From the human T2T-CHM13v2.0 reference genome, Homo sapiens: a DNA stretch of 64,000 nt. A program made the position numbers and the translations under genes. Below, piece by piece: positions 36,155 through 51,419 of the stretch; within the stretch, counting starts at the first letter, position 1, and every line of letters starts with the position of its first letter. The stretch lies in assembly GCF_009914755.1 (NCBI RefSeq), contig NC_060925.1. One strand, 5' to 3'. The notes beneath the pieces are model-generated. The model was not told where the DNA came from and searched no databases. It saw only the letters and a list, made by a program, of their open reading frames with translations.

Positions 36155-36936
36155 GTGAGCCCGGGGAGGGCAGATGCCCCTTCTCTCTCCTCTGTCTCCC
36201 TTCTTTCGCCTTTCTTCCTTTTCACTGGTGCTACCAGTGGCCACTAACCTCCAGCTAAGTGGCCGCTAACCTCCAGCTGGTGGTTCTTGGAGGCCCACTA
36301 AGCGGATGGTTCTGTGCAGCTGCTCTAGGGGCAAGGCCCCTGTCTGCAAGCTGCCTGCAGGCCAGTGGGGGACATGAAACCTTTACATGCCTGCCTGTTG
36401 CCACATGAGAGACTTGGATCACATGGTTGGGGGATCCAGTGGGCCGGGACCTGGGTGCTGTAGGAGAGGTGGTCCTGGAAAGAGATCTCGCACCTTGGCA
36501 GGGCACTTTAAAGTATAGAATGTCACTATCCGTTGTGTCCTTGGGACACTGAGACAGTCAGGTTTTCCAGAAAAGGGGGGGTCAGGAGAAGTCCCATTTT
36601 GAGTCACTGGGTCAGGCATTTTGGCTGCTTGATCCATTAATCCTCACAAGGATGCTGTGGCAGGGGCAGCCCATTTACAGGCTCGGGGGTGGGAAGCTGC
36701 TTGTCCAAAGTGACTGCCATTGTGGGGTAGTGCAAGGGTGGGACCCAGGGAGGGCTGGTGAGGGGGTTGGAGGGAGCCTGCGGAGGCTCCAGTTGACTCC
36801 TCAGGTTGGGGAACTAACACACCAGGAACCAAACCTCCCCCTCCTCTCCCAGGCCCCAAGCATTTCCTAATCTGTAGGCTGAAGGTCTTGGGCTTTATTG
36901 CCAAATTCTCTTCTCTCCTTGGGATTATCTAAAAAC

Positions 36937-37165
36937 CACTGTCCAATAGAAATATAATGCCAGACACGTATGTAATTCTAAGTCTTCTAGTAGCCAATTT
37001 TTAAAAAGTAGAAAGAAACAAGTGAAATTAATTTTAATGTGTTATTCAACCCAATATATCCAGTGTCATTTTAGCGTGTAATCAATATAAACAAAATCAC
37101 TAAGGAAATACCTTATATTCTTTTTGTGTTATCTTCAAAATCCCACGTGTATATATACACATAAA
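36937..37165 (+). mobile_element. MER33 (hAT-Charlie) fragment
   Basis: 'ctgtccaatagaaatataatgc...ttctagtagcca...gtgaaattaattttaat' matches the recalled consensus. Confidence 0.75.
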
Positions 37166-37222
37166 TATATAACTTATTTCCTTAGCAATTCTGTTTATAT
37201 TGATTACATGCTAATATATATA

Positions 37223-37455
<233 letters not shown>

Positions 37456-37493
37456 TAACATTTATAACACATCTCTATTGGGAAACTAAATTT

Positions 37494-37499
37494 TATATA

Positions 37500-37575
<76 letters not shown>

Positions 37576-37581
37576 TACATG
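37494..37581. repeat. Compound (GT)13(AT)13(AC)6 alternating purine-pyrimidine tract
   Basis: 88 uninterrupted alternating bases. Confidence 0.95.
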
Positions 37582-37890
37582 GAGCTGTGTGCAGTGGCTC
37601 ATGTCTGTAATCTCAGCACTTTGGAAAACTGAAGCGGGAGGATCACTTGGGCCCAGGAGTTCAAGACCAGCCTGGGCAACATAGCAAGACCCCGTCTCTA
37701 CAAAAAATAAACAAAACTAGCTGGACGTGGGCATGCGCCTGTAGTCCTAACTACTTGGGAGGCTGAGGTGGGAGGATCACCTGAGCCTGGGAGCTGGGAG
37801 TTCGAGACTGCAGTGAGCTAAGATCACACCACTGCAGCACTCCAGCCAGGGCAAGAGCGAGACCCTGTCTCAAACAACAACAATAACAAA
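37581..37890 (+). mobile_element. AluJ
   Basis: Dimeric Alu with (CAA)n tail. Confidence 0.9.
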
Positions 37891-38980
37891 ACCTCTAGGC
37901 ATCATTACCCTCCCCATTTTATAGATGAGAAAACCAAGACACAGAAAGGTTAAGTAGCCCAAGTAATCTAGGTCCAGCTGCTTTTAACTATCCCATTTTA
38001 CAGCCTCAAAGGAGTTTTACTTCTATTGGTCTTTAAGAGTCCTTTAATAAAATTAAAAATGAACCCCTAACTGTTAAAACCCAGCGTGTTGAAAGATACC
38101 ATTTTTTAAAATGCCCGGTGGTCTTCAGGCTCTCTCGCATGAGCCTCACGGGACTCCCAAGTGGCACCTGTGATGGATAAGGAGACAGGCTCAGCGAAGT
38201 GAAATCACTCGCCTAGTGCCGCCTGCCAACAGGAGGAAGGGCTGAGGTTTGTCCCAGGTCTCTCGGACTGCACACATGCTCTTAGCTGGCCGAGTGCAGG
38301 GCCCAGGAGGGGGACTCTGCTATGAGAGGAGTGGGATGGGGAGGCCCTCGAAGTGAACCGCCATCATCATTTCATCTTGGGGCTGCCGCCACCCTGGAGG
38401 CCCATTCCTGCGAAGACCAGGAGGGGGCAGCATCTCCCTAGTGCATGAGCCTTAGGGCCCTTCAGGAGGCAGCCAAGGCCATGAAAGCTTCAGCCTTTCT
38501 GGCAAAAGTGGCTGGGCAGAGCGGGGAGGTAGAAGGTGGTGGCCTGATTTCTCCAGCTCGTTGCAGGTAGCGCCCATGAACATTCAGGGATGGGACCACC
38601 CAGCTGCAGGCATCAGTCACTCTGGGAGGGTGCTGGATAAGGGGCTATGGTTGACCGAGCCTCCTTCTAAGCCCACTTCATCCACCAACTCCCACCTGAA
38701 GCATCCCCCACGTCCCCACCCCGGCCCTGCACTGCAGGCTGCCTTCCCCTGGGGCCCTCACACAATTTCCCCATGGCTTCTTGAGGCCCTGGCTTTGTCC
38801 TAATCAGCTATTCCGGTGCTAGCTTCACTCCTCTGCCCCTCCTGCTCCGCTGGGCGGTGAGTTCCCGTGAAGCAGCACAGGCTGGGCCGTCTTCATCTTT
38901 TAACTGTCTCTCGACCTTTGCTGCACACTGTTTCGTTGACTGATTGAATAGGTGACATCTGTTCTGTCTGTTTCCTCCAG

Positions 38981-39020
38981 GGCTTGGCTACAACGAGGAG
39001 CAGATTCACAAGCTGGATAA
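38981..39020 (+). CDS. IKBKE: IKBKE exon 17 (GLGYNEEQIHKLDK)
   Basis: YNEEQIHK motif shared with TBK1; ctccag| acceptor, AA|gtgagt donor. Confidence 0.95.
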
Positions 39021-39809
39021 GTGAGTGGCCTGTCCTCCGGCAGGTGGGTGGGCAGGAGGGTGGGTGTCCTCAGGGCAGAGCGATTCTCAACGCCAGAGGA
39101 GAGGCAGTGAAGGGCCCTGTCCCGGACTGCAGCTGAGCAGAGTTGGGGATAACAGGTTATCTGGGGCCAGGGGAGGGAGTATGCATAGCTTAGTTGGAGG
39201 GAGACTTCTCAGATGCAATCTTGATGTAACTGGATGTACTTCTGGTATGGACAAGACTGTTTGCAGGCTTTTTTTTTCTCTAGTTGTCCTCACTGATGCA
39301 CCACTTACCACTTCCTGCTTCTGCCCTCTGCCTGAACCTTCCCTGCCTCCCCCCGCTCCTCTGTCTCCCATGTTTCCCGGACACACTCACGTCCAGGAGG
39401 CCCTCCCTGATTTAATGGTTATCTGGGAACTCACTCCCCCAGTTCTACAAGCACCCCGACCCCTTTTTGTCTCACACACACACGCACTCACACACCTTCT
39501 TTCCACGGCTGCCTCACTTTCCCTTCCCTTTCCTGAGGACTAAGCTTGAGCACATGTGTGTTCCCTGAGGACCCCCTGTGTGTCTCCCACGTCTCCCTGT
39601 TGATGTGGGCTTTGCTGGCCACTGCAACCTTCACAATCCAAGTGTGTGACCGTCCTTCCTCCTTTCCCAGAGACATAGCCCTGCTGTGGACGCAGGGCTT
39701 GGGCACTTACGACAAGGTGGTGACGGAGACTGACGGAGACTGAGGGATGGTGGGCTTGTGCATAGTGGTTCTGGCAGCTCATCTGCACCTTGGTTCTCTG
39801 TCGTTCTAG

Positions 39810-39911
39810 GGTGAATTTCAGTCATTTAGCCAAAAGACTCCTGCAGGTGTTCCAGGAGGAGTGCGTGCAGAAGTATCAAGCGTCCTTAGTCACACACGGC
39901 AAGAGGATGAG
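39810..39911 (+). CDS. IKBKE: IKBKE exon 18 (VNFSHLAKRLLQVFQEECVQKYQASLVTHGKRM)
   Basis: ttctag| acceptor, AG|gtaaca donor. Confidence 0.95.
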
Positions 39912-41184
39912 GTAACAGCCCCTCCTGAGCTCCTGGAGCCCAGGGCCTGGCCTGGCCCTTCTAGGCTTCAGAGGACCCAGGGCTTTGTGGAGCCCTGAGG
40001 CAGAGGGAGGAGTGAGTGAAGGGGTGTGAGCAGAGGAGTGGTTTTCTGTCCCTGGGTGGACCAGGCAGTTGGCTGGGAGATTTCTGTAGCTCAGCTTATT
40101 TACTCCTACAACACCTGCCCTATACAGTAGATATCATCACCCTATTTCCTAGGTGAGGAAACTGAGGCTCTGAGAACAGGTCTCCTCTGCACATCACATG
40201 GCTAGTAAGTGGCAGACCCAAGACTCGTATGTGGCTCTGCCTGCCTCTACAATCTAGATTCTTCAGGGCTTTTGAGGGGTAAAATCAAATCAAATCTGGA
40301 TTCTTTCTACCGTTCCACCTGGTTATATTGAGAAGTCTCCTTTAGGAGAACACTAGGTGCCCCTGGGATAAGGACAGTGGCAGTGGCCCTTAAGTAGAAC
40401 CTTCTGTCACACTGTCCCCTTCAGGAGTTTTGGGTTCCGCCTTCTCAGATCAGGCCCACTCTCCATCCCCTGCCTGTGTGAACACTGGCCCCTCCTGAGA
40501 AGAGAGGACAATTTCCCACGTGCTACCACATTCTGAGGCCTGTAGGACCTCACCTTGTTATGGGGCTGAGACCTTGGCACTCACCCGTCCTCATATCAGA
40601 ATACCAATGCCTGCTTCTTCTACTCCAACCCACCACACATTCTGGTGTAATTGCTCTGGAGCAGGGCTTGGATGTCAGTGTAGTACAGCTTCTCCAGGTG
40701 ATTCTAATGTGTGGCGAGGGCTGAGCTCCAACCCCTGATTTAACAGCTCTGGGCCTTGGGGAAAATGTTCCTGTTCCTTCACTCCACTTAGAGATAGAAG
40801 AGAATTCACACTGGAAATGAGAGCGTGGGCAGTTCCCCACACTGAGAGCCCTGGTGTGGGCTATCCTCTGCCTCTCTGCAGCCTGACTGGTGCCACGCTC
40901 ACCATAGGTGGCATGCGTCACCCAGCCCCAGCCACATGCATGTTGTTGGTGCTCCACACTACGGCTCTGAAGGGGGCCTCCCAGCCTCAGCCAGCTGTGT
41001 GCTTCTGCATTATTGCAGTGGGGCGGGCAAGCGTGGAGGGCACAGCTGGCAGGGCAGAGGCAGCGAGGGAGGCAAATACCCGGGACCCACCTGTGTCCAT
41101 GTGTGGATCCGATGGCAGCTAGGCGAGCCCTGGGGAATGGGCTGAGTCCTGCTCTAATTCTAAGTCTCTGTGTGTTCTCTTGAG

Positions 41185-41281
41185 GGTGGTGCACGAGACC
41201 AGGAACCACCTGCGCCTGGTTGGCTGTTCTGTGGCTGCCTGTAACACAGAAGCCCAGGGGGTCCAGGAGAGTCTCAGCAAG
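41185..41281 (+). CDS. IKBKE: IKBKE exon 19 (VVHETRNHLRLVGCSVAACNTEAQGVQESLSK)
   Basis: Uncommon GAG acceptor (tcttgag|); AAG|gtgggc donor; frame consistent. Confidence 0.92.
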
Positions 41282-41427
41282 GTGGGCATGGCAGAAGGAT
41301 TCTAGGTGCTCTGGGGATGCAGGCTGGGGCGCTTGTTACCCATGTCTTCCCCTCCTCCAGCACTCCCCCTACCCAGCCACACATAAGCTGGCTACTAATT
41401 GCTGACCAAAGTATGGCTTCCCTGCAG

Positions 41428-41540
41428 CTCCTGGAAGAGCTATCTCACCAGCTCCTTCAGGACCGAGCAAAGGGGGCTCAGGCCTCGCCGCCTCCCATAG
41501 CTCCTTACCCCAGCCCTACACGAAAGGACCTGCTTCTCCA
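41428..41540 (+). CDS. IKBKE: IKBKE exon 20 (LLEELSHQLLQDRAKG...KDLLL)
   Basis: ctgcag| acceptor, CA|gtaagt donor. Confidence 0.95.
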
Positions 41541-41667
41541 GTAAGTGCTGGGGAGAAAGCGGGTGTGTATCTGTGTGGAAGGGGGTTGCAGGGAGCAGAG
41601 TATGCTGAGGTTAGAGCCTGAGGGGTTTGGCGTCATGCCAGGCCTAGGAGGCAAGATTAAAGAGACT

Positions 41668-42049
<382 letters not shown>

Positions 42050-42081
42050 TCAGCCGCCTCTCCTGCCTCTGCCTTGGGCAG

Positions 42082-42153
42082 CATGCAAGAGCTCTGCGAG
42101 GGGATGAAGCTGCTGGCATCTGACCTCCTGGACAACAACCGCATCATCGAACG
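42082..42153 (+). CDS. IKBKE: IKBKE exon 21 ([24 protein letters not shown]), C-terminal coiled coil
   Basis: ggcag| acceptor, CG|gtaagg donor; 72 nt, symmetric phase 2-2. Confidence 0.95.
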
Positions 42154-42751
42154 GTAAGGAGCTTTCACCTTGTGTAGGTCAGGGCCGGGTCTTCAAGCTA
42201 CCCTTGCCTGGGGGTGGTGAAGAGTCCCCAAGCCTGCCCATGCAGGTTTGATGACACGTGTCCATTTTCGAAGAAGCCCTGTTGAAGCTTAGGCATTTTC
42301 CACAAATGAGTTGACATCCTCAGGAGGTGTAGGGTTCACTTACAGCCTTTAAAATGTGAGCCTCCATGCTGTCAGGGAGATGGGGGCCTGGAGGCATGGG
42401 GTTTGTGCCTGTGTCCAGCTCTGCACTCCATATGTACTCTGTGCTCAAGCTGCCCCAGATGCCTCCTTGAATCACAGCCATCCTCAGGATAGGTGCTGTT
42501 TTCATCCCCATGTGCTACCCCAGGAAGCCACAGCGCAGACACCTTGGATACGATGCCCAAGGCCGGTGTTTCTCTGGCCTTGTGGGGCTCCCGTCCCTCC
42601 TGCCAATGCTCATGGGCCAGCCCGGGGCTGCAGGATCATCTCCTGATTTGACTCCCCTCCTTGGGGTGCTGAGGGGTCATGAGAGGTTGGTGTGGGAACG
42701 CAACAGGGCTCCGACTCTGAGATTGAGATTTTGCATACCAGTAAAAGTTCT

Positions 42752-43133
<382 letters not shown>

Positions 43134-43964
43134 TAAGCACATTTGAAGTAAAAAAAAAAAAAAAAAAAAGCCCTGTCATCTAGTAACCCTACTTTATAAA
43201 ACACATTTTACCACCAAAGAGAGATAACCTCAGGATAAAGGATGGTCCTTGCTTGCCCTGAAGGCCAGCGGCCCTGTTTATATACATGTACACACGTGCA
43301 CGCATCTCCCACTCCTGCCTGTCATCCTCGTGTCTGTCATTTTCCTGTCTGAGAACCAATGGCAGGGTAGAGTCAGCAGAGGTTCCTACAGGATTTCAAT
43401 CCTGACCCTGCTTTTTACCAACTGCGTGACCCTGGGAGGTGTGTTCAGCTTTGAGCTTCAGTTCCCTCCCCTGTGAAACAGGAGTAATAATTTCTACCTC
43501 ATGGTGTTGACATAGGGATTTAAAAAAATGAGATATGCAAGGTGCTTGCGCATAGGGGGGTGTGGAGGGAAGGGCTCACTAAATGTTACTTCTTCCCCAG
43601 AGGCCACTCCAGTCTCACACTAGAATTGGGGCCAGGAGGTAGGGAAACCAGGAGCAGAGCTTGTGGTTTGTCCCCAGAGTTTCAGAGGGTCCTTGGGTAA
43701 GGGAGGAATCTCCTCCCTGTCCTGTTCCAGCAAGAGAACTCATCCTCTTAAACACCCACAAAGAGGACATTTGACAGCTTCTTGGAAGGATTTTCCAAAA
43801 CAGCCCTCTTGGTCAGGAAGTTCTAATTTTAGTGCCAACAAAAATTGCTCTTGCTGTGATATGTCATCTATTTGCAGATAGCTCAAAACTTTATTTTAGT
43901 GAATTTTCACTTCCTTATTCAGAGCTGTAGCCAAAGAGCCAAATGAATCCATTTAAACTCCTTT

Positions 43965-44122
43965 CCCCTCCTAAACCTTGGCTACACACTGGAATCACCA
44001 GGGGAGCTTTTAAACGTACAAATGCCTGGGTCTTGCCCCAGAGACTCTGGGTACAGCTTGTGGTTAGGATTTGCATGAGCTTTCCAAGTGATTCCAACAT
44101 ATAGTCAGAGGCGAGAGCCAGT
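43965..44122. mobile_element. MER5-like fragment
   Basis: 'gaatcaccaggggagcttttaaa...ccaagtgattccaa'. Confidence 0.6.
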
Positions 44123-44274
44123 GGGTTCTTGTCGGGGAGTGAGGGTGCTACAAGGGGAGAGCTGAGGACTTGAATGGCTCAGTGTTCTTGAAAGCTAATT
44201 GTGCTGGGCCCTGGAGTGTGGTCTGCAGGCCTCTCCAACAGGTGGGCACTGCTAGCCTGTACCTTTTCTTGTAG

Positions 44275-44308
44275 GCTAAATAGAGTCCCAGCACTTCCTG
44301 ATGTCTGA
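44275..44308 (+). CDS. IKBKE: IKBKE exon 22 coding part (RLNRVPALPDV*)
   Basis: ttgtag| acceptor; the spliced CDS totals 2151 nt = 716 aa, the known IKK-epsilon length. Confidence 0.96.
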
Positions 44309-45027
44309 GCTCCATGGGGCACATGAGGCATCCTGAAGCATTAGAATGATTCCAACACTGCTCTTCTGCACCATGAGACCAACCCAGGGCAAGATCCCAT
44401 CCCATCACATCAGCCTACCTCCCTCCTGGCTGCTGGCCAGGATGTCGCCAGCATTACCTTCCACTGCCTTTCTCCCTGGGAAGCAGCACAGCTGAGACTG
44501 GGCACCAGGCCACCTCTGTTGGGACCCACAGGAAAGAGTGTGGCAGCAACTGCCTGGCTGACCTTTCTATCTTCTCTAGGCTCAGGTACTGCTCCTCCAT
44601 GCCCATGGCTGGGCCGTGGGGAGAAGAAGCTCTCATACGCCTTCCCACTCCCTCTGGTTTATAGGACTTCACTCCCTAGCCAACAGGAGAGGAGGCCTCC
44701 TGGGGTTTCCCCAGGGCAGTAGGTCAAACGACCTCATCACAGTCTTCCTTCCTCTTCAAGCGTTTCATGTTGAACACAGCTCTCTCCGCTCCCTTGTGAT
44801 TTCTGAGGGTCACCACTGCCAGCCTCAGGCAACATAGAGAGCCTCCTGTTCTTTCTATGCTTGGTCTGACTGAGCCTAAAGTTGAGAAAATGGGTGGCCA
44901 AGGCCAGTGCCAGTGTCTTGGGGCCCCTTTGGCTCTCCCTCACTCTCTGAGGCTCCAGCTGGTCCTGGGACATGCAGCCAGGACTGTGAGTCTGGGCAGG
45001 TCCAAGGCCTGCACCTTCAAGAAGTGG

Positions 45028-45033
45028 AATAAA
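45028..45033 (+). terminator. IKBKE polyadenylation signal (3'UTR 44309 to ~45053)
   Basis: AATAAA followed by GT/T-rich sequence. Confidence 0.85.
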
Positions 45034-46271
45034 TGTGGCCTTTGCTTCTGTTTCTGGTGGCTCTCCCTGGGCTGTGTCTGCAAGGCAGGGCTCTCAGCTG
45101 GGTGTGCTTGGCAACCAAGTGGGGTCTGGGCGGGGATCTGTGAGAAGTGCTGGGAAATGGGGGTGGGAATTGGTCATGTCCTGATTTCTGCCTTTCCCCT
45201 AAATGGGCCCTAATTTCAAGGAAGAACCCAAGGGGTGCCTTCCCATTCCTTCCATTCTCTTGCCCCCGCATCATTTGGAAAGCTGTGTGAGGGGCCTGGA
45301 ACTTAGGGAGAAAGGTATTCTTCTTTTTTTTTTTCCTTCAAACCCACCATCTAAGTGGCTACTGCTTTTTTCCCATCTCCACAGCTATTCAAAACCTAGG
45401 CTATGTCCTAAATAGTGGGTTTGAATAGTATTATGGGTTATTTTAAGCATTCCTTCATTTTGTCTAGAATCTAGAGTGGTGCCTGGGCAAGGCATTCTGA
45501 CTTTTGCAAACTGCTTGCAAATTTACCTCCAGCCTTCCCATAAACCAGAGCTGGACTACCCACCTACCTGGGTGGGTGAAGGAAGGGGAAGGGGAAATGC
45601 AGTAAGGTAGCCCCAGTAGGAGAGAGAGACGAGTGGGAAGCCCCACTGTGTGCTTCGAAGCGTGAAGACAGCATTATGCTTGACTGGAAATAACCCCAGA
45701 GATCCTTCCTGTCCATCTTCATGGGAGCCCCCACATCCTGAGGCCACTCTACTCACCTGGTAGGGCCAGAAATGGGGAAGGGTGAGTCCTGGAGGCTTCT
45801 GTCCTCTGTGGTGCTTCTCTGTGCAAAGACCAGCACTCTAAAGGCCTGGGGGAAGGTGGCTGGAGGTTGTTTCCTTGCATCAGGTCCAAGTGGCTTTGTG
45901 TTTGTTATTTGGGCCTCAAGCCCGTGGAGTCACTTAAGCCCAGGGGTTCAAGTCCTGGGGCCTCAGAGACCAGCTGCCGCCTTGATGTTCCTGGGTACTA
46001 GACCACCTCTCGTCCACTCTGCTGGCCTGAATTTCTGGCCAACACTTCCAGCCCATGAGTGGCCCTTCAGGGAAGTCCCACAATGGGTTTTCCCTGGCAG
46101 CAACAGCTTGCAAAACCCCATGTGCTTGGTGGAGCTCAGTGAAGGAGCCAGGGGATCCCTGAATGCCAAATACAGATTTTTGGGAGATGATATGATCCAG
46201 GCTGTATGATCTCATGAGCAAAGCCTATGAGATGTGGCGGACAAACTCACTCAAAGGCTTCAGTTCAGTTG

Positions 46272-46766
<495 letters not shown>

Positions 46767-47435
46767 TGAAGACCTCTTTAATGTACCTCTCCATTCTCTG
46801 CAGTGATTCCTAACATAACACTTAAAATGAAAAGAGCCCATTCAGTTCACCAGACATGATCTGAGCCCTTACAGTGTACCAGGCCCACGGGATGCTGGAA
46901 CTACAGAGGTGACTAAGCCACCTTTCTGGCTCATGGGGAGCTCACCTCTATGGGGGAAGACAGGTATGCCACAGATAGCTTCCCATCATGGAGGAGGTGC
47001 TATGCTAGGAATGCAAACATCCAGTGTGGTCCTGAGTCACCATCCTCACAGGGGAGGGTGCTTAGGTCAGGCTGGGAAACTTCCTAAGTGTCAGGGAGTG
47101 ACTGAGAACAGGTGAATCCAAAGTGGTCTTAGCAGGTGAGCAGGTGATACCTAGCAAAGAAGGTGTGGGAGGCATTCCTGGCCGTGGGAGCAGCAGTGGC
47201 ACAGGCATGGGAAGAGCTACTAGTATTTCTATATGACTGGAGAGTAGGTTAAAGTAGGATGCTGGTATTGTGGAAAGGGAGGAGCCAGTCCAAAAGGTCC
47301 TTGCAGGCCACACTGAGGAACTTGGACTTTACCCCAGAGGACCACAGAGAGGTTTTAGGTCAAGTCCAACTGGTATTTTAAAGATACTACTCCTCGGTGC
47401 CCGTGTGGTGAGTGGAAAGTTGTGGGTAGGAATAG

Positions 47436-47855
<420 letters not shown>

Positions 47856-48562
47856 TGAGCCCCTGCACAGGGTAGGTAGAGGAAACAAGTTCTTGTCTCG
47901 TATGGGCTGAGTCGGGGGCTCAGATCAGTCACAGATATCTGGGAAGATTCCATGTGGCATTCAGATTCATGGCTAGCAGCCTCTTAAAACAGGCTGATCC
48001 AAGCTAAAAGGGGGCCTAACTGGAAGGATGAGGGGGCCTGTCCCAGGAACCCAGGCAAGAAGTACAGTCAGTTCTGGAGGGCAGGGCGCTACAGGGCTAT
48101 ATCTCTCTTTCTCTCCCAGAATCCACACAGTTTCCTCTCTTGAGACTGGTGTCCTGGTTTCAAAACACATATTCTGGGATCCCACTCAGCTCCTGAATCC
48201 AATCCGTAAGGGTGTGGCTCAGGAATCTGTATTATTGATGAGCTTCCCTGGTGATTCTCACACCAGCTCAGGTTTGAGAACACTGAGGCAGAGTTTACAA
48301 AGATCCTGCAGAGGGCATGTGAATGGCCCAACAGAGGCCAATTGGCAGTGCGTGGTACACTGGACCAGGCACCCCACTCCACACCCACCCTGAGAGCTGA
48401 GGCCAGGGCAGCCAGTCTAAGGACAGGATGGATCTCAACCATGGCCAGGCCACCCTCCTACTGGAACCACCGTTTGCTTTCATGGAGCCACCTTGCTTCA
48501 GTATCCTCACAGGATTGCTGCAACTGGTCATTTTGGGTTCACTTCCAAACTGCTTCAAAGAT

Positions 48563-48873
48563 TTTTATTTATGTTTATATATTTATTTTTTTTTAAGACA
48601 GAGTCTCGCTCTGTTGCCCAGCTGGAGTGCAGTGGTGCGATCTTGGCTCACTGCAACCTCTGACTCCCTGGTTCAAGTCATTCTCCTGCCTCAGCCTCCC
48701 AAGTAGCTGGTACTACAGGCATGCACCACCACGCCCAGCTAATTTTTGTATTTTTAGTAGAGACAGGGTTTCACCACGTTGGCCAGCATGGTCTCGATCT
48801 CCCGATCTCCTGATCCGCCCACCTCAGCCTCCGAAAGTGCTGGGATTACAGGCATAAGCCACCGTGCCCGGCC
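48563..48873 (-). mobile_element. Alu (S type)
   Basis: Reverse-complement dimeric Alu. Confidence 0.92.
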
Positions 48874-48877
48874 TATA

Positions 48878-48880
48878 TTT

Positions 48881-48923
<43 letters not shown>

Positions 48924-49218
48924 TTATTTATTTATTTGAGACAGAGTGTCACTCTGTCCCCCAGGCTGGAGTTCCGTGGCGTGATCTCGGCTGACTGCAA
49001 CCACCTCCCAGGTTCAAGCCATTCTCCTGCCTCAGCCTCCCGAGTAGCTGGGTCTACAGGTGCCCACTACTATGCCTGGCTAATTTTTGTATTTTTAGTA
49101 GAGATGGGGTTTTCACCATGTTTGGCCAGGCTGGTCTCAAACTTCTGACCTCAGGTGATCTCTCTGCCTCGGCCTCCCAAAGCGCTGGGATTATAGGCGT
49201 GAGTCACCGCGCCCAGCC
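48878..49218 (-). mobile_element. Alu (S type) with a (TTTA)n tail, adjacent to the previous Alu
   Basis: Reverse-complement dimeric Alu; TTTA STR 48880-48937. Confidence 0.92.
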
Positions 49219-49804
49219 ATGCTTGGATGATTTTTTCAAGGGTGGAATTCTGGCTTCTTTTCCCCGATCTCACAAAGGATCCTTAATCAGGCAACCCCAA
49301 TGGGAAGTGTTAAGGAATAGCCAGGCTGACCTGAAGTAGCTTCAGTTTCTGTTCCTTGGAAGCTCAGAATGACTGCGGCTGGAGCAGTGTGGCTCCCTTC
49401 CCTTCATTCTTCAGCGGAGACAGAGGAGGAGGGGTGAGATAAGAGGTGGGAGTGAGAAAGGAGAGAGGGAGGGGGAGATGAAGAGGGATGGAGAGGGAGA
49501 TAGTGGATGAGCAGGGCACAGGGAGAGGAAGCAGAAAGGAGAGGCAAGACAGGGAGACACAGAGCACAGAGGAGGAGACAGGTGGGGGCTGGGGTGGGGC
49601 AGGGAGAGCCTGTGAGGTCACCCAGGCCACCCTGCTCTCGCTGGTCTGTTGTAACCCAGTCCATGGCTTCCTGCCACTGCAGTGGGCCCAGGGCTGGCTT
49701 AGTGCTGGAATGCAAGTGGCTGTGGCTTGGAGCCTCCCCTCTGGCTGAGGGAAAAAAATTGCTGACAAATCTGCTTGGAATATCTGAGTTTTTCCAACGC
49801 GGAA

Positions 49805-49809
<5 letters not shown>

Positions 49810-49861
<52 letters not shown>
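49810..49861. repeat. (AC)26 microsatellite
   Basis: Read directly from sequence. Confidence 0.95.
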
Positions 49862-49863
<2 letters not shown>

Positions 49864-50789
49864 CAGTCTTATCATAAGCCTGGCAGAGCAGCTCAGGATG
49901 GAAAAATTTCATAATTGAGATGGATGGAGGAGGTGCCACTAAAACTGGTGGAAAACAAGCCCCACCTGCCCCCACTCTACGTGATGACACCTTTCCAGGA
50001 GCCCTCAGATCCCTCCCTGCTTTTGTCCCCCCTTGATCTGCCCTTCTTGTCCCCAAGTACTGTCAAGGACCTAGGAGATCCCCTTGGGAGCACTGGAGTT
50101 TGGTGACATACAGAAAGCCCATTCCACCAAGAGTCGAGATGGTGCCCCACCAGCCCTCAACCCTGGCCAGCTACAAACATCTGGAGGCAGGAAATTCACC
50201 CAGTGACCAGAATCTTGGAGGAGGTACATGAGTCTTAAATGGAGCTCCCAATACTACTCCAACTTCTACCCAGCCCCAGCAGGTCCTCGGGGACCCTCCA
50301 TGCTCCCCAAACCAAACGATTCCTCCATCTCTCCATCTCTGGGTGCAGGAGGCGTGGCTTGAAGAGACGTTAAGAAAAAAAATCCTGGAATAGGTACAGG
50401 TTAATGGGCATCTCCAGTTAGCCCTGCACAGTGGGATCAGAAAGACCACTAAGACCCAAGCAAGGGAGGCAAACATGTACAAACTGAGCTGCAACTCATG
50501 TTAGGATAATCTGAACTTCAAAGGCACAATGGGCTTCTTGTGAGATCCCAGGGAAGGAGCCATGAGTGAGGTCTGGGTGACTGTGAAGGCTCTGGAGGAC
50601 CTGGCGTTTGGACTAGACCTTGGGAGTGGAGCAGGGTTTCCACAGGGAGAGGAAACTGGGGAAAGATTTTGCTGATCCTTCAAGCTGCACCTACAAAGTG
50701 AGATCAGAGATTCTGAGCCCTGCCCTTTCTACCACACCAGCTGGGCAGGACAAAGGCAAATTCATGGATCTGAGTGGATATGAGTCCAG

Positions 50790-50945
50790 ACTGTGATACC
50801 TGTTTGGGCCAGTCACATGACTTCTCTGAGCCTTGATTTTCTCACCTGTAAAACAGGAATGCCAGCCATTTCACAGAGTTGCCATGAAGATGAAATCATT
50901 CAAGCCAAAAGTGCCTGCCGCATAATAGATGCTCAATGTATGTTT
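50790..50945. mobile_element. MIR
   Basis: 'gtcacatgacttctctgagccttgattttctcacctgtaaaacaggaat'. Confidence 0.7.
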
Positions 50946-51419
50946 CTTGAGCAGATACATGTAACTTATGGCACTTTACAAGGGATTTCTCTCACAAACA
51001 CATTTTGATCCTCCAACAACATTTTGTCATGGTCCCTGCTCTCAGTCTAGTAATGTAAAATATTACTGACCCCCATCACACATTGCAAGCAGCACTCACT
51101 TCTTTGGAAAGCTGAGCTCTGCATGCAACATGCTGCCCAAGAAGGAAAGGAAGCAGCACTGGAGACCTGTGTTTCGTAGCTAACCAAGATAAGGGCATTT
51201 TTTTCCAAATGTCTGTGGAGGGGGTCACACCATTTTAACTATTTACTGCTGTAACCCCATTTTTAAAGTGTAGTCTGTGAGCCATCTGAATCAAAGTCTC
51301 TTGCAAAATCCCGGCCAAAATCCAGACATACTGAATCAGAGGGTCAGGTCCCAGAATAGGCATTTTGAACAAACTCAGGTTCATAAAGCTTGAAAAGTTT
51401 TTGGGGCTGTTGTGCCTGT

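Noticed and set aside
49364-50056. 230-aa minus-strand ORF
   Set aside because: Kept open by (TG)n and a CT-rich low-complexity tract; no recognisable domain.
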